The notes under the pieces were generated by a model that did no database searches, was not told the DNA's origin, and saw only the letters and a list, made by a program, of their open reading frames with translations. From NCBI GenBank assembly GCA_023267075.1, contig JAHFNY010000003.1:1-46104 (forward strand): a stretch of 46,104 bases of DNA, in the 5' to 3' direction. Position numbers and translations under genes: made by a program. Positions 16,461-24,551 of the stretch are shown here, in pieces; position 1 is the first letter of the stretch, and each line of letters begins with the position of its first letter. The DNA is from Candidatus Vogelbacteria bacterium (GTDB lineage Bacteria; Patescibacteriota; Minisyncoccia; Phycocordibacterales; XYD1-FULL-46-19).

Positions 16461-18005
16461 TTATTTTCTTGGTCGGTATTGGAGCGCTTCTAGTAAGTGC
16501 GGTTCGGCAATGTTTTCAGCTAGGGCGAGATCGGCAATGGTGCGAGCCAGTTTAATGACCCGATGGTAAGCTCGAGCCGATAAGTCTAAGCGCCGAGCCG
16601 AGTCATTGAGGAGGTCGGTGAGCGTGGGCGTGAGTGGCGCCAAGTGGCGGAGATCTTTGACTGTCATTTCGCTATTAGTTTTAATCGGTAAGCCGGCGGT
16701 TTTAAATCGTTTCTCCTGAATTTTCCGCGCTCCCGCTACGCGCTCGCGGATCTTGAGTGACGATTCTTCCTCAGTACTATAATCCGAGAGTTTCTTGGGA
16801 TCGACTTGGGGCACATTCAGCCAGACATCAATTCGATCAATAATTGGGCCGGAGATTTTCCGCTCATAGCGCGAGAGAGCGGCCGGTGAGCAAATACATT
16901 CTCGCTCTTTATGGCCTTTATAGCCGCAAGGGCAGGGATTCATCGCCGCGATGAGGATAAAATTAGCCGGGAAGGTCACCGAGCTCTTGGCCCGAGCGAC
17001 AGAAATAATTTTATCTTCCAAGGGTTGGCGCAAGGCCTCAATCACTCGCTTCTCAAACTCGGGGAACTCGTCTAAGAAGAGGACCCCGCGATGGGCGAGA
17101 GTAATCTCACCCGGTTTGGGCCAAGCCCCGCCGCCGACCAAGGAAACATAACTCGCGGTATGGTGTGGCGCTCTAAAGGGCGAGATGGTAATTAAAGTAT
17201 CGGCTAAGGCGCCGGCGGCGGAATGAATGCCCGTCGTCTCAATAATTTCCTCAAAGGCGAGGGGTGGTAAGATCCCGGCGAAGGCTTTAGCGAGCATGGT
17301 TTTCCCGGTCCCGGGTGGTCCGCTCATCGCCACATTGTGACCGCCGGCCGCGGCAATTTCTAAACCGCGCTTGCCGGTGGCTTGACCCCGCACTTCCGAG
17401 AAGTCAAACAAGGGCGCCACCTTCTCCTCTTCCACCACCAACTCCGGCGCGGGGAGCAGTTTGGGTTTAACTTTCTCGCCTGGCACCGGCCGTTCATTTA
17501 AATGATCTAAGACCGCGGTTAAATTGCTTGCTCCATACACAGTAATTCCGCGGATGAGTGTGGCTTCCGCCACATTGTCTAATGGTAAATAGATTTCTTT
17601 AAAGCCTTTTTTCAACGCCTCTTTCACTAAGAGCAAGGTGCCTTTGATTGGTCGCAATTCTCCTGAGAGGGAAAGCTCGCCTAAAAATAATTTCCCTTCG
17701 GTTTTAAAGACAATGTCGCCATTGGCAATGAGGAAGCCAAGAGCAATCGCCAAGTCAAAGGCGGCGCCTTCCTTCTTAATATCGGCTGGGGCGAGAGAGA
17801 CAATCACTTTTTTATTCCCCTTCTGGGGTGATTTAAAGCCAGAGTTTTTGATCGCGGCGCTAATTCGATCCCGGGCTTCTTCTACTGCTTTATCCGGCAA
17901 GCCGACCACGGTAAAAGAGTGTAAGCCTTTACCCACATCCACTTCCACATCAATAATATCCGCTTTCAAACCAACAATTTGAGCGGCGTGGACGCGGGCA
18001 AGCAT
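16461..18005 (-). CDS. comM: Mg-chelatase-like AAA+ protein, YifB/ComM family
   Basis: The N-terminus MLARVHAAQIVGLKADIIDVEVD is typical. Also GPPGTGKTML, VLFLDEFPEF, and the Cys cluster NPCPCGY. Confidence 0.9.
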   Translation of the reverse strand: MLARVHAAQIVGLKADIIDVEVDVGKGLHSFTVVGLPDKAVEEARDRISAAIKNSGFKSPQKGNKKVIVSLAPADIKKEGAAFDLAIALGFLIANGDIVFKTEGKLFLGELSLSGELRPIKGTLLLVKEALKKGFKEIYLPLDNVAEATLIRGITVYGASNLTAVLDHLNERPVPGEKVKPKLLPAPELVVEEEKVAPLFDFSEVRGQATGKRGLEIAAAGGHNVAMSGPPGTGKTMLAKAFAGILPPLAFEEIIETTGIHSAAGALADTLITISPFRAPHHTASYVSLVGGGAWPKPGEITLAHRGVLFLDEFPEFEKRVIEALRQPLEDKIISVARAKSSVTFPANFILIAAMNPCPCGYKGHKERECICSPAALSRYERKISGPIIDRIDVWLNVPQVDPKKLSDYSTEEESSLKIRERVAGARKIQEKRFKTAGLPIKTNSEMTVKDLRHLAPLTPTLTDLLNDSARRLDLSARAYHRVIKLARTIADLALAENIAEPHLLEALQYRPRK

Positions 18006-18022
18006 AAAACTTAGTTAAAAAA

Positions 18023-18361
18023 TTAGTGACCGTTTAAATCGCTCAAGTGTTTTTTGCAAGTTTTAGCCGTCGGACTAGCTTCCAGCCGATCAATTTCAAT
18101 TGGTTCTTGGCAAACTTCGCATTTACCATAAGTTCCAGTGCCAATTTTAGCTAAAGCATTTCTCACTTCCGTTAAATGATTTTCTAAAGTTTGGTGAGTG
18201 GCCTCGCGCTCATCTGAATCTTCAAATTTTTCCGCTACTTCATCGCGGGTTTCTACGGCGAGATTACCTTCTTCCGTGGCCTCGCTTTGCTCGGCCGCTA
18301 AGGCTTCAGTTAAACGCTTTTCCTCAGCCAATAAAATTTCTTTAAAGTGATTAGTATCCAT
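18023..18361 (-). CDS. DksA/TraR-type zinc-finger protein
   Basis: Acidic coiled-coil N-terminal part and a C-terminal YGKCEVCQEPIEIDRLEASPTAKTCKKH. Confidence 0.7.
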   Translation of the reverse strand: MDTNHFKEILLAEEKRLTEALAAEQSEATEEGNLAVETRDEVAEKFEDSDEREATHQTLENHLTEVRNALAKIGTGTYGKCEVCQEPIEIDRLEASPTAKTCKKHLSDLNGH

Positions 18362-18393
18362 AGTTTTAGTCTAGCAGATTACTTTTGGATCGG

Positions 18394-19518
18394 CTAGGGT
18401 CGGTAGGCGTTGAAGATTTTACTGAAGGTGGCCTCATTCTCGGTGATGATTAAGAGATTATTGGCAATCAAGCCGTAGACAAAGACCGTTTGGCCGCGCA
18501 GGCCGGTGAAGATCCGGACATCGGTATTATTTAAGATCCCGTCGCGGACTTGGGCTGTTTCTACGATCGCATTTACTCCCGGACCAATGAGCGGATTAAA
18601 CAATTGTTCAATCACTTGGCGCTCATTACCGAGCATGGCGGCCCGGAGAGCGTCTGGTTGAGTGGTGTTAAATAAGTAAAAGGCGGCTGGAGTCTGGCTT
18701 TTAAAAGTTCCGAGCATAAAGTCTTTGCCTAAACTCTGGGTAAAATTAAGCGGTAAATCAAGCTCGGCCAAATTGGCCAGAGCGGTAAAAGGGACTAATT
18801 GTTTAGCCGTACCTTTGCCGGTAGTAAAATATAATTGAGTGATTGATTCCGTACTCACCGGCACGAGTTGATGTTGAGCCATTAGGGCGGCGGCCAATTT
18901 CTCGGGTGAGAGGTCGGTCACATTAATCTCGCGCCGTTCCGATGGGATAATTAAGCTGGTCACCGGTAAAATTGGGGCCGCCGGCGTATTGCCGCTGGGC
19001 CAGACTACGTACACTCCCCCGCCAATAATCGCGAGGATTAATAATATCCCACCGGCGAGGCCCACTAGCCGCCAATTAATTGCGGCTAAAGAAAAATGGC
19101 GGGTTGGCGCCGCCTCTTCTCGGCCGCGCTCCTTCTCTTTAATAATAATATTTTCTACCGATAAATTGCCGCTCCTCGCCACGCTGGCGAGGTCGCCTTT
19201 AAAAGTGCGGATCGGCGAGAGATCGCTCTTATCACTTTTACTAATTTCCTCAATCGTACTTTTAGCCGCGGCAATTTTTCCTAAACGCGACTGACGCTCT
19301 TGCCAGACTTTAGTCTCGGTTTTCATCGCTTCTTCGCGTCTCGCTATTTCCGCCGCTTGGGCCGCCTCGCGATCTTTCTGTAAGTCCTCCGCTAGTTTCC
19401 GCTTGGTATCGGCCTCGGCTTTGATTGCTTGTTCTTTCGCTTCACGCGCCGCCTTATGCTTAGGGCTCTCCATTGCCAGCTGGGCCTTGCGCCGTTTATC
19501 GTTTAAATCGTCGCTCAT
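18394..19518 (-). CDS. Membrane-anchored coiled-coil hypothetical protein (374 aa)
   Basis: Charged coiled-coil N-terminal part, a single TM (LVGLAGGILLILAIIGGGVYVVW), then an extracytoplasmic domain. Confidence 0.6.
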   Translation of the reverse strand: MSDDLNDKRRKAQLAMESPKHKAAREAKEQAIKAEADTKRKLAEDLQKDREAAQAAEIARREEAMKTETKVWQERQSRLGKIAAAKSTIEEISKSDKSDLSPIRTFKGDLASVARSGNLSVENIIIKEKERGREEAAPTRHFSLAAINWRLVGLAGGILLILAIIGGGVYVVWPSGNTPAAPILPVTSLIIPSERREINVTDLSPEKLAAALMAQHQLVPVSTESITQLYFTTGKGTAKQLVPFTALANLAELDLPLNFTQSLGKDFMLGTFKSQTPAAFYLFNTTQPDALRAAMLGNERQVIEQLFNPLIGPGVNAIVETAQVRDGILNNTDVRIFTGLRGQTVFVYGLIANNLLIITENEATFSKIFNAYRP

Positions 19519-20234
19519 GATAATTCTTTTTCTAAACCATCACGTTTGGTCTTAAGCTCATCTTCTTCATCCAATAATTTTTGATAACGACTGGTGTTAT
19601 CGGCCACTTGATCCTCCAAGGCCAAGAGCTTTTGCTCTACTTCCCACTTCTCCGTTTCAATCTGGTGGCGCTTCTGCTGGACTTCCCAGCGTTTGCCTTC
19701 TGTCGCCTCGCGCTCTTTGGGGAAGGGCTCGCGGGCCTCACTTTCTTCCAAGGCCGCTTCCTCCGTCTCGGCCGATTTTTCCTTGTCCTTAATCGGATCC
19801 AGAATCGTTTTCACCTTGGTCCGCTTGTCGTCCAAATCAATCCAGGCTAATTCTAGAGCCGATTTTTCCGTCGCGATTTTGGTTAAGCGTTCATCAATTT
19901 CTGTTAATTCCTTTTTCGCTACGGTTTTATGTTCTTCCTCTTTCCGCTTGGCCGTATGTTCTGGTCCTTCCATCGCCAGCCGCGCCAATTCTCTTTTATC
20001 TAATGGCTTAGTTGGTTCTACAGGAGTAACTTTAGGTGGTTCAGTCTGCTCCGACCCACTCGGCGTCGTCGGGGTTGGCGGTGGAGCAATCGGTGGGAGT
20101 GGTGATACTCCAGGTTTGTCATTCAACGGCGTCCCCGACGCTACGGTTGGGGCAGGTTGGTCCACACCCGTAATGGCCTGGGTAAAAATATCTTCACTCA
20201 ATTTTTTATCACTAGGATTATTGTTTGGCGGCAT
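19515..20234 (-). CDS. Pro-rich / coiled-coil hypothetical protein (239 aa)
   Basis: 4-nt ATGA overlap with the downstream ORF. Shares an R-x-x-x-LAME-x-P-x-H motif with it. Confidence 0.6.
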   Translation of the reverse strand: MPPNNNPSDKKLSEDIFTQAITGVDQPAPTVASGTPLNDKPGVSPLPPIAPPPTPTTPSGSEQTEPPKVTPVEPTKPLDKRELARLAMEGPEHTAKRKEEEHKTVAKKELTEIDERLTKIATEKSALELAWIDLDDKRTKVKTILDPIKDKEKSAETEEAALEESEAREPFPKEREATEGKRWEVQQKRHQIETEKWEVEQKLLALEDQVADNTSRYQKLLDEEDELKTKRDGLEKELS

Positions 20235-20270
20235 AAGAACATTATACCGCTTATTAGTTGTTGATGAAAC

Positions 20271-22457
20271 TTAAAAACGTGGGCGGTGATTATTATTGTT
20301 GCGGTAACCACCATTACCATTAGTTCGGGGTGGTGGGAGAGGATTAGTGGAAGGTTTAGCCCCGTGATTGGCGGCGTAATCCGGGTCGGCCAGTTTGAGC
20401 GACAGATTCACCCGGCCCTTATCATCAATTTCTTTTACTACCACCGGCACTTCATCACCAATGTTTACTACGTCAGTCACCCGATCCACGCGGAAGGGCG
20501 CCAGTTCCGAGATGTGGACCAAGCCCTCCGTATCATGACCAATTTTTACAAAGGCGCCAAAGTCCATTAGGCGCGTTACGGGCCCGGTAAACTTCTCTCC
20601 AGCTTTATATTCATGAGTGATGCTCTCTACTTGAGCCTTGGCGCGAGCCACGCCGTCGCCCTTGCCGGTGATGTAGACCGAGCCATCATCCTCAATCTCT
20701 ATCTCAGCGCCGGTTTCTTCAGTAATTTTTTGAATCACTTTGCCGCCCGGGCCAATGACGGCGCCAATTTTATCTACCGGGATCTTCATAATCGCAATTT
20801 GGGGCGCGGATGGCTTGAGAGTAGCGCGGGGTGCAGGGATGGCCGTGGTGATCACGTCTAAAATTTGCAGGCGCGCCGCGCGAGCTTGCGCTAGTGCTTC
20901 CGTTAAGATCTTTACCGGGATTCCGCCGACTTTAATATCTAATTGAATGCCGGTCACACCGTCTTTGGTCCCCGCCACTTTGAAGTCCATATCGCCAAAA
21001 TGATCCTCCGGCCCTTGAATATCGGTCATAATTTTATAGTCGTTCTCATTCTCCTCACTCATCAGTAAGCCCATGGCAATCCCAGCCACTGGCGCTTTAA
21101 TCGGCACGCCGCCGTCCATGAGGGCCAGCGTTGAGCCGCAGACTGAGCCCATGGAGGTGGAACCATTGGAAGCGAGGGCTTCTGAGACGAGGCGGATAGT
21201 GTACGGGAAGTCTTCTTTAGCTGGAATGACACCGCGTAATGATTTTTCCGCTAGCGCGCCGTGGCCAATCGCCCGGCGATTCATCCCGCCTAAGCGGCCA
21301 GTCTCACCAACGGAAAAGGGGGGGAAGTTATAATGATGCATAAAGCGCTTCTTGCCGCTTACTTCCATCCCTTCCATTAGTTGAGAATCTTTCGGTCCAC
21401 CTAAAGTGAGAACAGAGAGGACGTGAGTTCCACCGCGATAGAAGATGCCATTACCATGAACAATTTCCGATAAGCCGCCGGCTTGGGCAAAAAGCGGCCG
21501 CACTTGATCCATCCTCCGACCATCAGCCCGACGCGAGTTCTTAATCCCCTCGTCGTGAATCAGTTTATCTACTTGTTCTTCATAATATTCTAGAGCTTGA
21601 TTTAGATTAGTGTCTGGCTTTTTTTCTATTACCAATTTCTTCCATTCATCTTTCAGGGCGTAAATCGTACTCTTATCGCCACTAAAAGTTGCGGCATCAA
21701 GTTTGGGTAAAATTTCTGCAGCAAAGAGGTTAGTCACTTCACTCGCCAATTCTGGCTTAGGGAAGGTTAATTTTTCTTTCCCTAATTTAGCAACAATTTC
21801 TTTCTGCCACGCTTCTAATTTAGCCAACTCCCCTACTGCTTGAGTAAAAGCGGCGGCTAAAGTGGCTTCTGGGATTTCTTTGGCTTCGGCTTCAATCATA
21901 TTAATCTTGCCCTCATTGCCGCAGATTAAGAGTTCTAAATCAGCGTCTTCTCGCTCGGGATAGGTTGGATTCACAATCGTTTGATTATTTTTTAATCCCA
22001 AGCGGACGGCGGCCACTGGTCCGGCCCAGGGAATGTTAGAAATGCCAAGCGCCAAGGAAGCCCCAATCACCGCTAAAATATCTGGATCATTATTTTCATC
22101 AATCGAGAGAACGGTGGCCACAATTTGGACTTCATTCCGCAAGTGGGCGGGGAAGAGCGGTCGGATGGTCCGATCAATAATCCGGCCGCTTAAGATCGCC
22201 TCTTCACTGGGTCGGCCCTCGCGCTTAATAAAGCGGCTACCCAAGATCCGTCCGGCGGCATAGAACTTTTCCTCATATTCCACCGTGAGGGGGAAATAAT
22301 CCAAGCCGTCTTTCTGCCCACCAATCACCGCGGTGACGAGGACGACGGTCTCGCCGTAGCGCATAATCACGGCACCACTTGCTTGATCGGCCAAATCATT
22401 AAACTGGGCGGTAAGTTTGCGCCCGGCCACTTCTAAAGAAAATTCTTCTTGTTTCAT
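20271..22457 (-). CDS. pnp: polyribonucleotide nucleotidyltransferase (PNPase)
   Basis: Two RNase PH-like halves, KH (IGPGGKVIQKI) and S1 (GPVTRLMDFGAFVKI) domains. 728 aa. Confidence 0.95.
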   Translation of the reverse strand: MKQEEFSLEVAGRKLTAQFNDLADQASGAVIMRYGETVVLVTAVIGGQKDGLDYFPLTVEYEEKFYAAGRILGSRFIKREGRPSEEAILSGRIIDRTIRPLFPAHLRNEVQIVATVLSIDENNDPDILAVIGASLALGISNIPWAGPVAAVRLGLKNNQTIVNPTYPEREDADLELLICGNEGKINMIEAEAKEIPEATLAAAFTQAVGELAKLEAWQKEIVAKLGKEKLTFPKPELASEVTNLFAAEILPKLDAATFSGDKSTIYALKDEWKKLVIEKKPDTNLNQALEYYEEQVDKLIHDEGIKNSRRADGRRMDQVRPLFAQAGGLSEIVHGNGIFYRGGTHVLSVLTLGGPKDSQLMEGMEVSGKKRFMHHYNFPPFSVGETGRLGGMNRRAIGHGALAEKSLRGVIPAKEDFPYTIRLVSEALASNGSTSMGSVCGSTLALMDGGVPIKAPVAGIAMGLLMSEENENDYKIMTDIQGPEDHFGDMDFKVAGTKDGVTGIQLDIKVGGIPVKILTEALAQARAARLQILDVITTAIPAPRATLKPSAPQIAIMKIPVDKIGAVIGPGGKVIQKITEETGAEIEIEDDGSVYITGKGDGVARAKAQVESITHEYKAGEKFTGPVTRLMDFGAFVKIGHDTEGLVHISELAPFRVDRVTDVVNIGDEVPVVVKEIDDKGRVNLSLKLADPDYAANHGAKPSTNPLPPPRTNGNGGYRNNNNHRPRF

Positions 22458-22500
22458 ATAATTTTAGTATTCAAACCATAGCACTAAGAATAAGATAAAG

Positions 22501-22539
22501 CAAAAATAAAGCCCCAAGCAGAATCTATCTACTCAGGGC
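22501..22539 (-). terminator. Intrinsic terminator after the 22559-23236 gene
   Basis: Minus strand: a roughly 12-bp stem (GCCCTGAGTAGA / TCTGCTTGGGGC, including G-U pairs) followed by TTTATTTTTG. Confidence 0.6.
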
Positions 22540-22558
22540 CACAACTAAATCGAGGTGA

Positions 22559-23236
22559 TCAGCTGTTTTTAAATTTAAAAGCGTTCACCAGTGCTTCTGC
22601 CACTCCTTCCAGTACCGGATCACGTAACCACCAGGCGTTGTGTGGAACATTTACGACGACTGCTTGACGCACTCCATCGAGTACCACCCGCCCGGCTGTG
22701 AGTACCGCCTTAGGTATTTTCTTGAATGCCGCGTCTAGTCGCTTGAGCTCGCCTTGGGCCACACCCAGCGCATAGCTCAAGTCACGGTTAAATCCTTTCG
22801 TTAATAACGGGAAGGCGGTGCGTTCGGCGAGGTATTGCACCAGGCCGAGCGTATCGCGATGCAAAAGTGTGTTTTCAATGGCGAGAAGATCATCACCATC
22901 TAGATCTTCCTCTTGGGCCAATATATCAAGTCTGGATATTGTCCCTTCAACATCAATTGCGGCGCAGGCGCTTCGTACCAGCATGCATTTATTGTCGTCG
23001 GGAAGGTCTTGAAGTCCAGTGAGCACATCTTCGTCTCCGGTCAGTCGGTAGAGTTGAGCCGTATGTTCCAATAGACGGAAGGCCAGATTTTGGGTATCAC
23101 CGTCGGCAGAGTCCGGCATACCAGTCTCAGCCCACTCTTTGTACGCGTCTCTACCGCACTTGGCGTGGAATTCAATCAGCGACTTTTTTATTTCTTTAAA
23201 AGCGGTGTGGGGGTCGGACATGATTGTAAACCTCAT
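22559..23236 (-). CDS. Hypothetical helical, acidic protein (225 aa; alternative start at 23221)
   Basis: Long ORF in a visibly more GC-rich segment. No recognisable family. Confidence 0.6.
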   Translation of the reverse strand: MRFTIMSDPHTAFKEIKKSLIEFHAKCGRDAYKEWAETGMPDSADGDTQNLAFRLLEHTAQLYRLTGDEDVLTGLQDLPDDNKCMLVRSACAAIDVEGTISRLDILAQEEDLDGDDLLAIENTLLHRDTLGLVQYLAERTAFPLLTKGFNRDLSYALGVAQGELKRLDAAFKKIPKAVLTAGRVVLDGVRQAVVVNVPHNAWWLRDPVLEGVAEALVNAFKFKNS

Positions 23237-23361
23237 TTTTTATTAAAGACCAAGCTGTTTCGCTCTTTTGAGCTCTTCAGTGCAAATACACATTTGCGGA
23301 CAGCCCACGCGCAAAATTGCGCGTGACCTAGCTTTTATGGACTAGGATTTTTACGACGAAC

Positions 23362-23631
23362 TTAGAAGTGGCCGAAGTAGCCATCGTCAAAGGCCTCTAT
23401 TTCTTTAATCTCTGACCCTATCCAACCAACGTCTTCTAATCGGGAGTCAAAACAGAAGCGTCTGTTATCTCTAGTACCAACAAAAAATATGTGAGTCGAG
23501 TTATGCCCGACACACCAGAATTCTATCCCGTCACAGGTTATCGGTTGGGTCGGGGTAAGACCGTTAGCTTGTTGATACGAACTATGCCAATCAATAATCT
23601 CTTGCCTGATCGTCTGCTGAGCGTTAGACAT
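23362..23631 (-). CDS. hypothetical protein (89 aa)
   Basis: ORF with GGAG 9 nt upstream of the ATG. No recognisable family. Confidence 0.5.
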   Translation of the reverse strand: MSNAQQTIRQEIIDWHSSYQQANGLTPTQPITCDGIEFWCVGHNSTHIFFVGTRDNRRFCFDSRLEDVGWIGSEIKEIEAFDDGYFGHF

Positions 23632-23706
23632 GATCTAAATCTCCAGTTAATTGTTTTTACAAAGACCTAGTCCTTTTTCGAGACACGATTATTGAATCAT
23701 GTTCCG

Positions 23707-23731
23707 AAAAAGAAAGGGATATCGCTATCCC
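23707..23731 (-). terminator. Intrinsic terminator overlapping the end of the 2-TM gene
   Basis: Minus strand: GGGATA-GCGA-TATCCC hairpin followed by TTTCTTTT. Confidence 0.55.
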
Positions 23732-24063
23732 TTAAAGACCTTCTTCACCAGAAGGCCCATGCCCGCTATTACCAGTATGAGGGGTAACAGGGCAAAGACA
23801 ATTTGGGATACAGCCTCGACCAGACGATCGAGGAGTTCACGGCCGAGCTCGGGGCTGACCATAAATGTCAATACCGAGACTACGACTCCCATAGCCATCA
23901 CGCCGACCGGGGTGAATAAATATCGGAAAAACTGGTTCCAGTTCCGCATCGCCCTTCTCCTTCCAATTGAAAGATCTATTTTGGAAAAACGAGACTGCCT
24001 CATTTTTCCAACACGCGACTTTCTGTTGCCAGGCGTCGCTACCCCGCGGTGCTTAACGAGCAT
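23725..24063 (-). CDS. Small basic 2-TM membrane protein (up to 112 aa; start uncertain)
   Basis: Two hydrophobic helices (VGVMAMGVVVSVLTFMV and VFALLPLILVIAGMGLLV). Preferred over the overlapping plus-strand ORF, which lacks such features. Confidence 0.5.
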   Translation of the reverse strand: MLVKHRGVATPGNRKSRVGKMRQSRFSKIDLSIGRRRAMRNWNQFFRYLFTPVGVMAMGVVVSVLTFMVSPELGRELLDRLVEAVSQIVFALLPLILVIAGMGLLVKKVFKG

Positions 24064-24089
24064 GGGCTCTCCCGCAGATCATCAAGAGT

Positions 24090-24182
24090 TTAATTCCTCT
24101 TGATGGGGTTATCGCCCCCACGGATATCCTTAACTTCGGAATCCGTGAGGATTTGGCCCTGACTGTCCGTGCGAACGGTCAT
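24090..24182 (-). CDS. 30-aa peptide MTVRTDSQGQILTDSEVKDIRGGDNPIKRN with a double-glycine-leader-like motif
   Basis: AAGGAGG sits 7 nt upstream of the ATG, and the ORF lies downstream of a near-consensus promoter. It is not in the ORF track because it is under 60 aa. Confidence 0.4.
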   Translation of the reverse strand: MTVRTDSQGQILTDSEVKDIRGGDNPIKRN

Positions 24183-24298
24183 AGCGCTCCCTCCTTGTTG
24201 TTGGTTCCCAGAGACCAATCCCGCTCACGGCCACTAGCGTTTAGATACTGGGCTGGGGGCCAAGAGCGAGACAGGTCATTTCAAGGTATCTGCCAGCC

Positions 24299-24326
24299 AT
24301 TATAGTCGGATAAATAATTTTGTCAA
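24299..24326 (-). promoter_or_regulatory. Near-consensus sigma70 promoter for the peptide/2-TM operon
   Basis: Minus strand: TTGACA (24321-24326), 16-nt spacer, TATAAT (24299-24304). The predicted 5' UTR is about 110 nt. Confidence 0.65.
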
Positions 24327-24517
24327 GTACTTATGACACTTCATCTTTATATATATCTAAAATATGTTGTAAAATAAGGATATTTTAATACTTAAAAATG
24401 TAATGATATTATTACATTCACTTTTTTAAACAAGTCAAAAAACAATTTATGTCAGTTTTTTAAAACAGTCAAAATTAGCCTAAAATTAGGGTTTATACAC
24501 TGCTATGTTGGTTTTGC

Positions 24518-24545
24518 TTGACAAAAATCTACCATTTGCTATAAT
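24518..24545 (+). promoter_or_regulatory. Near-consensus sigma70 promoter for the 24552-24846 RNA
   Basis: TTGACA (24518-24523), 16-nt spacer, TATAAT (24540-24545). Confidence 0.65.
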
Positions 24546-24551
24546 GGCCCT

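Noticed and set aside
19693-20274. 193-aa plus-strand ORF, and other long antisense ORFs (for example 6466..6783, 9608..9901, 17638..17982, 42022..42381)
   Set aside because: They lie entirely inside strongly supported opposite-strand genes (the Pro-rich protein, the 242-aa protein, pcrA, comM, rny). They have Ser/Arg/Leu-rich shadow composition.
23699-24103. 134-aa plus-strand ORF overlapping the 2-TM gene and the small-peptide gene
   Set aside because: It has no RBS or promoter context and an Arg/Ser/Thr-rich, shadow-like composition. The minus-strand ORFs have TM helices, an SD, a promoter and a terminator.
24270-24285. CCTTGAAAT shared between the peptide-operon leader and cassette A leader (39785-39793), as evidence that they belong to one regulon
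   Set aside because: It is only a 9-nt match, absent from cassette B in the same form, and compatible with chance.
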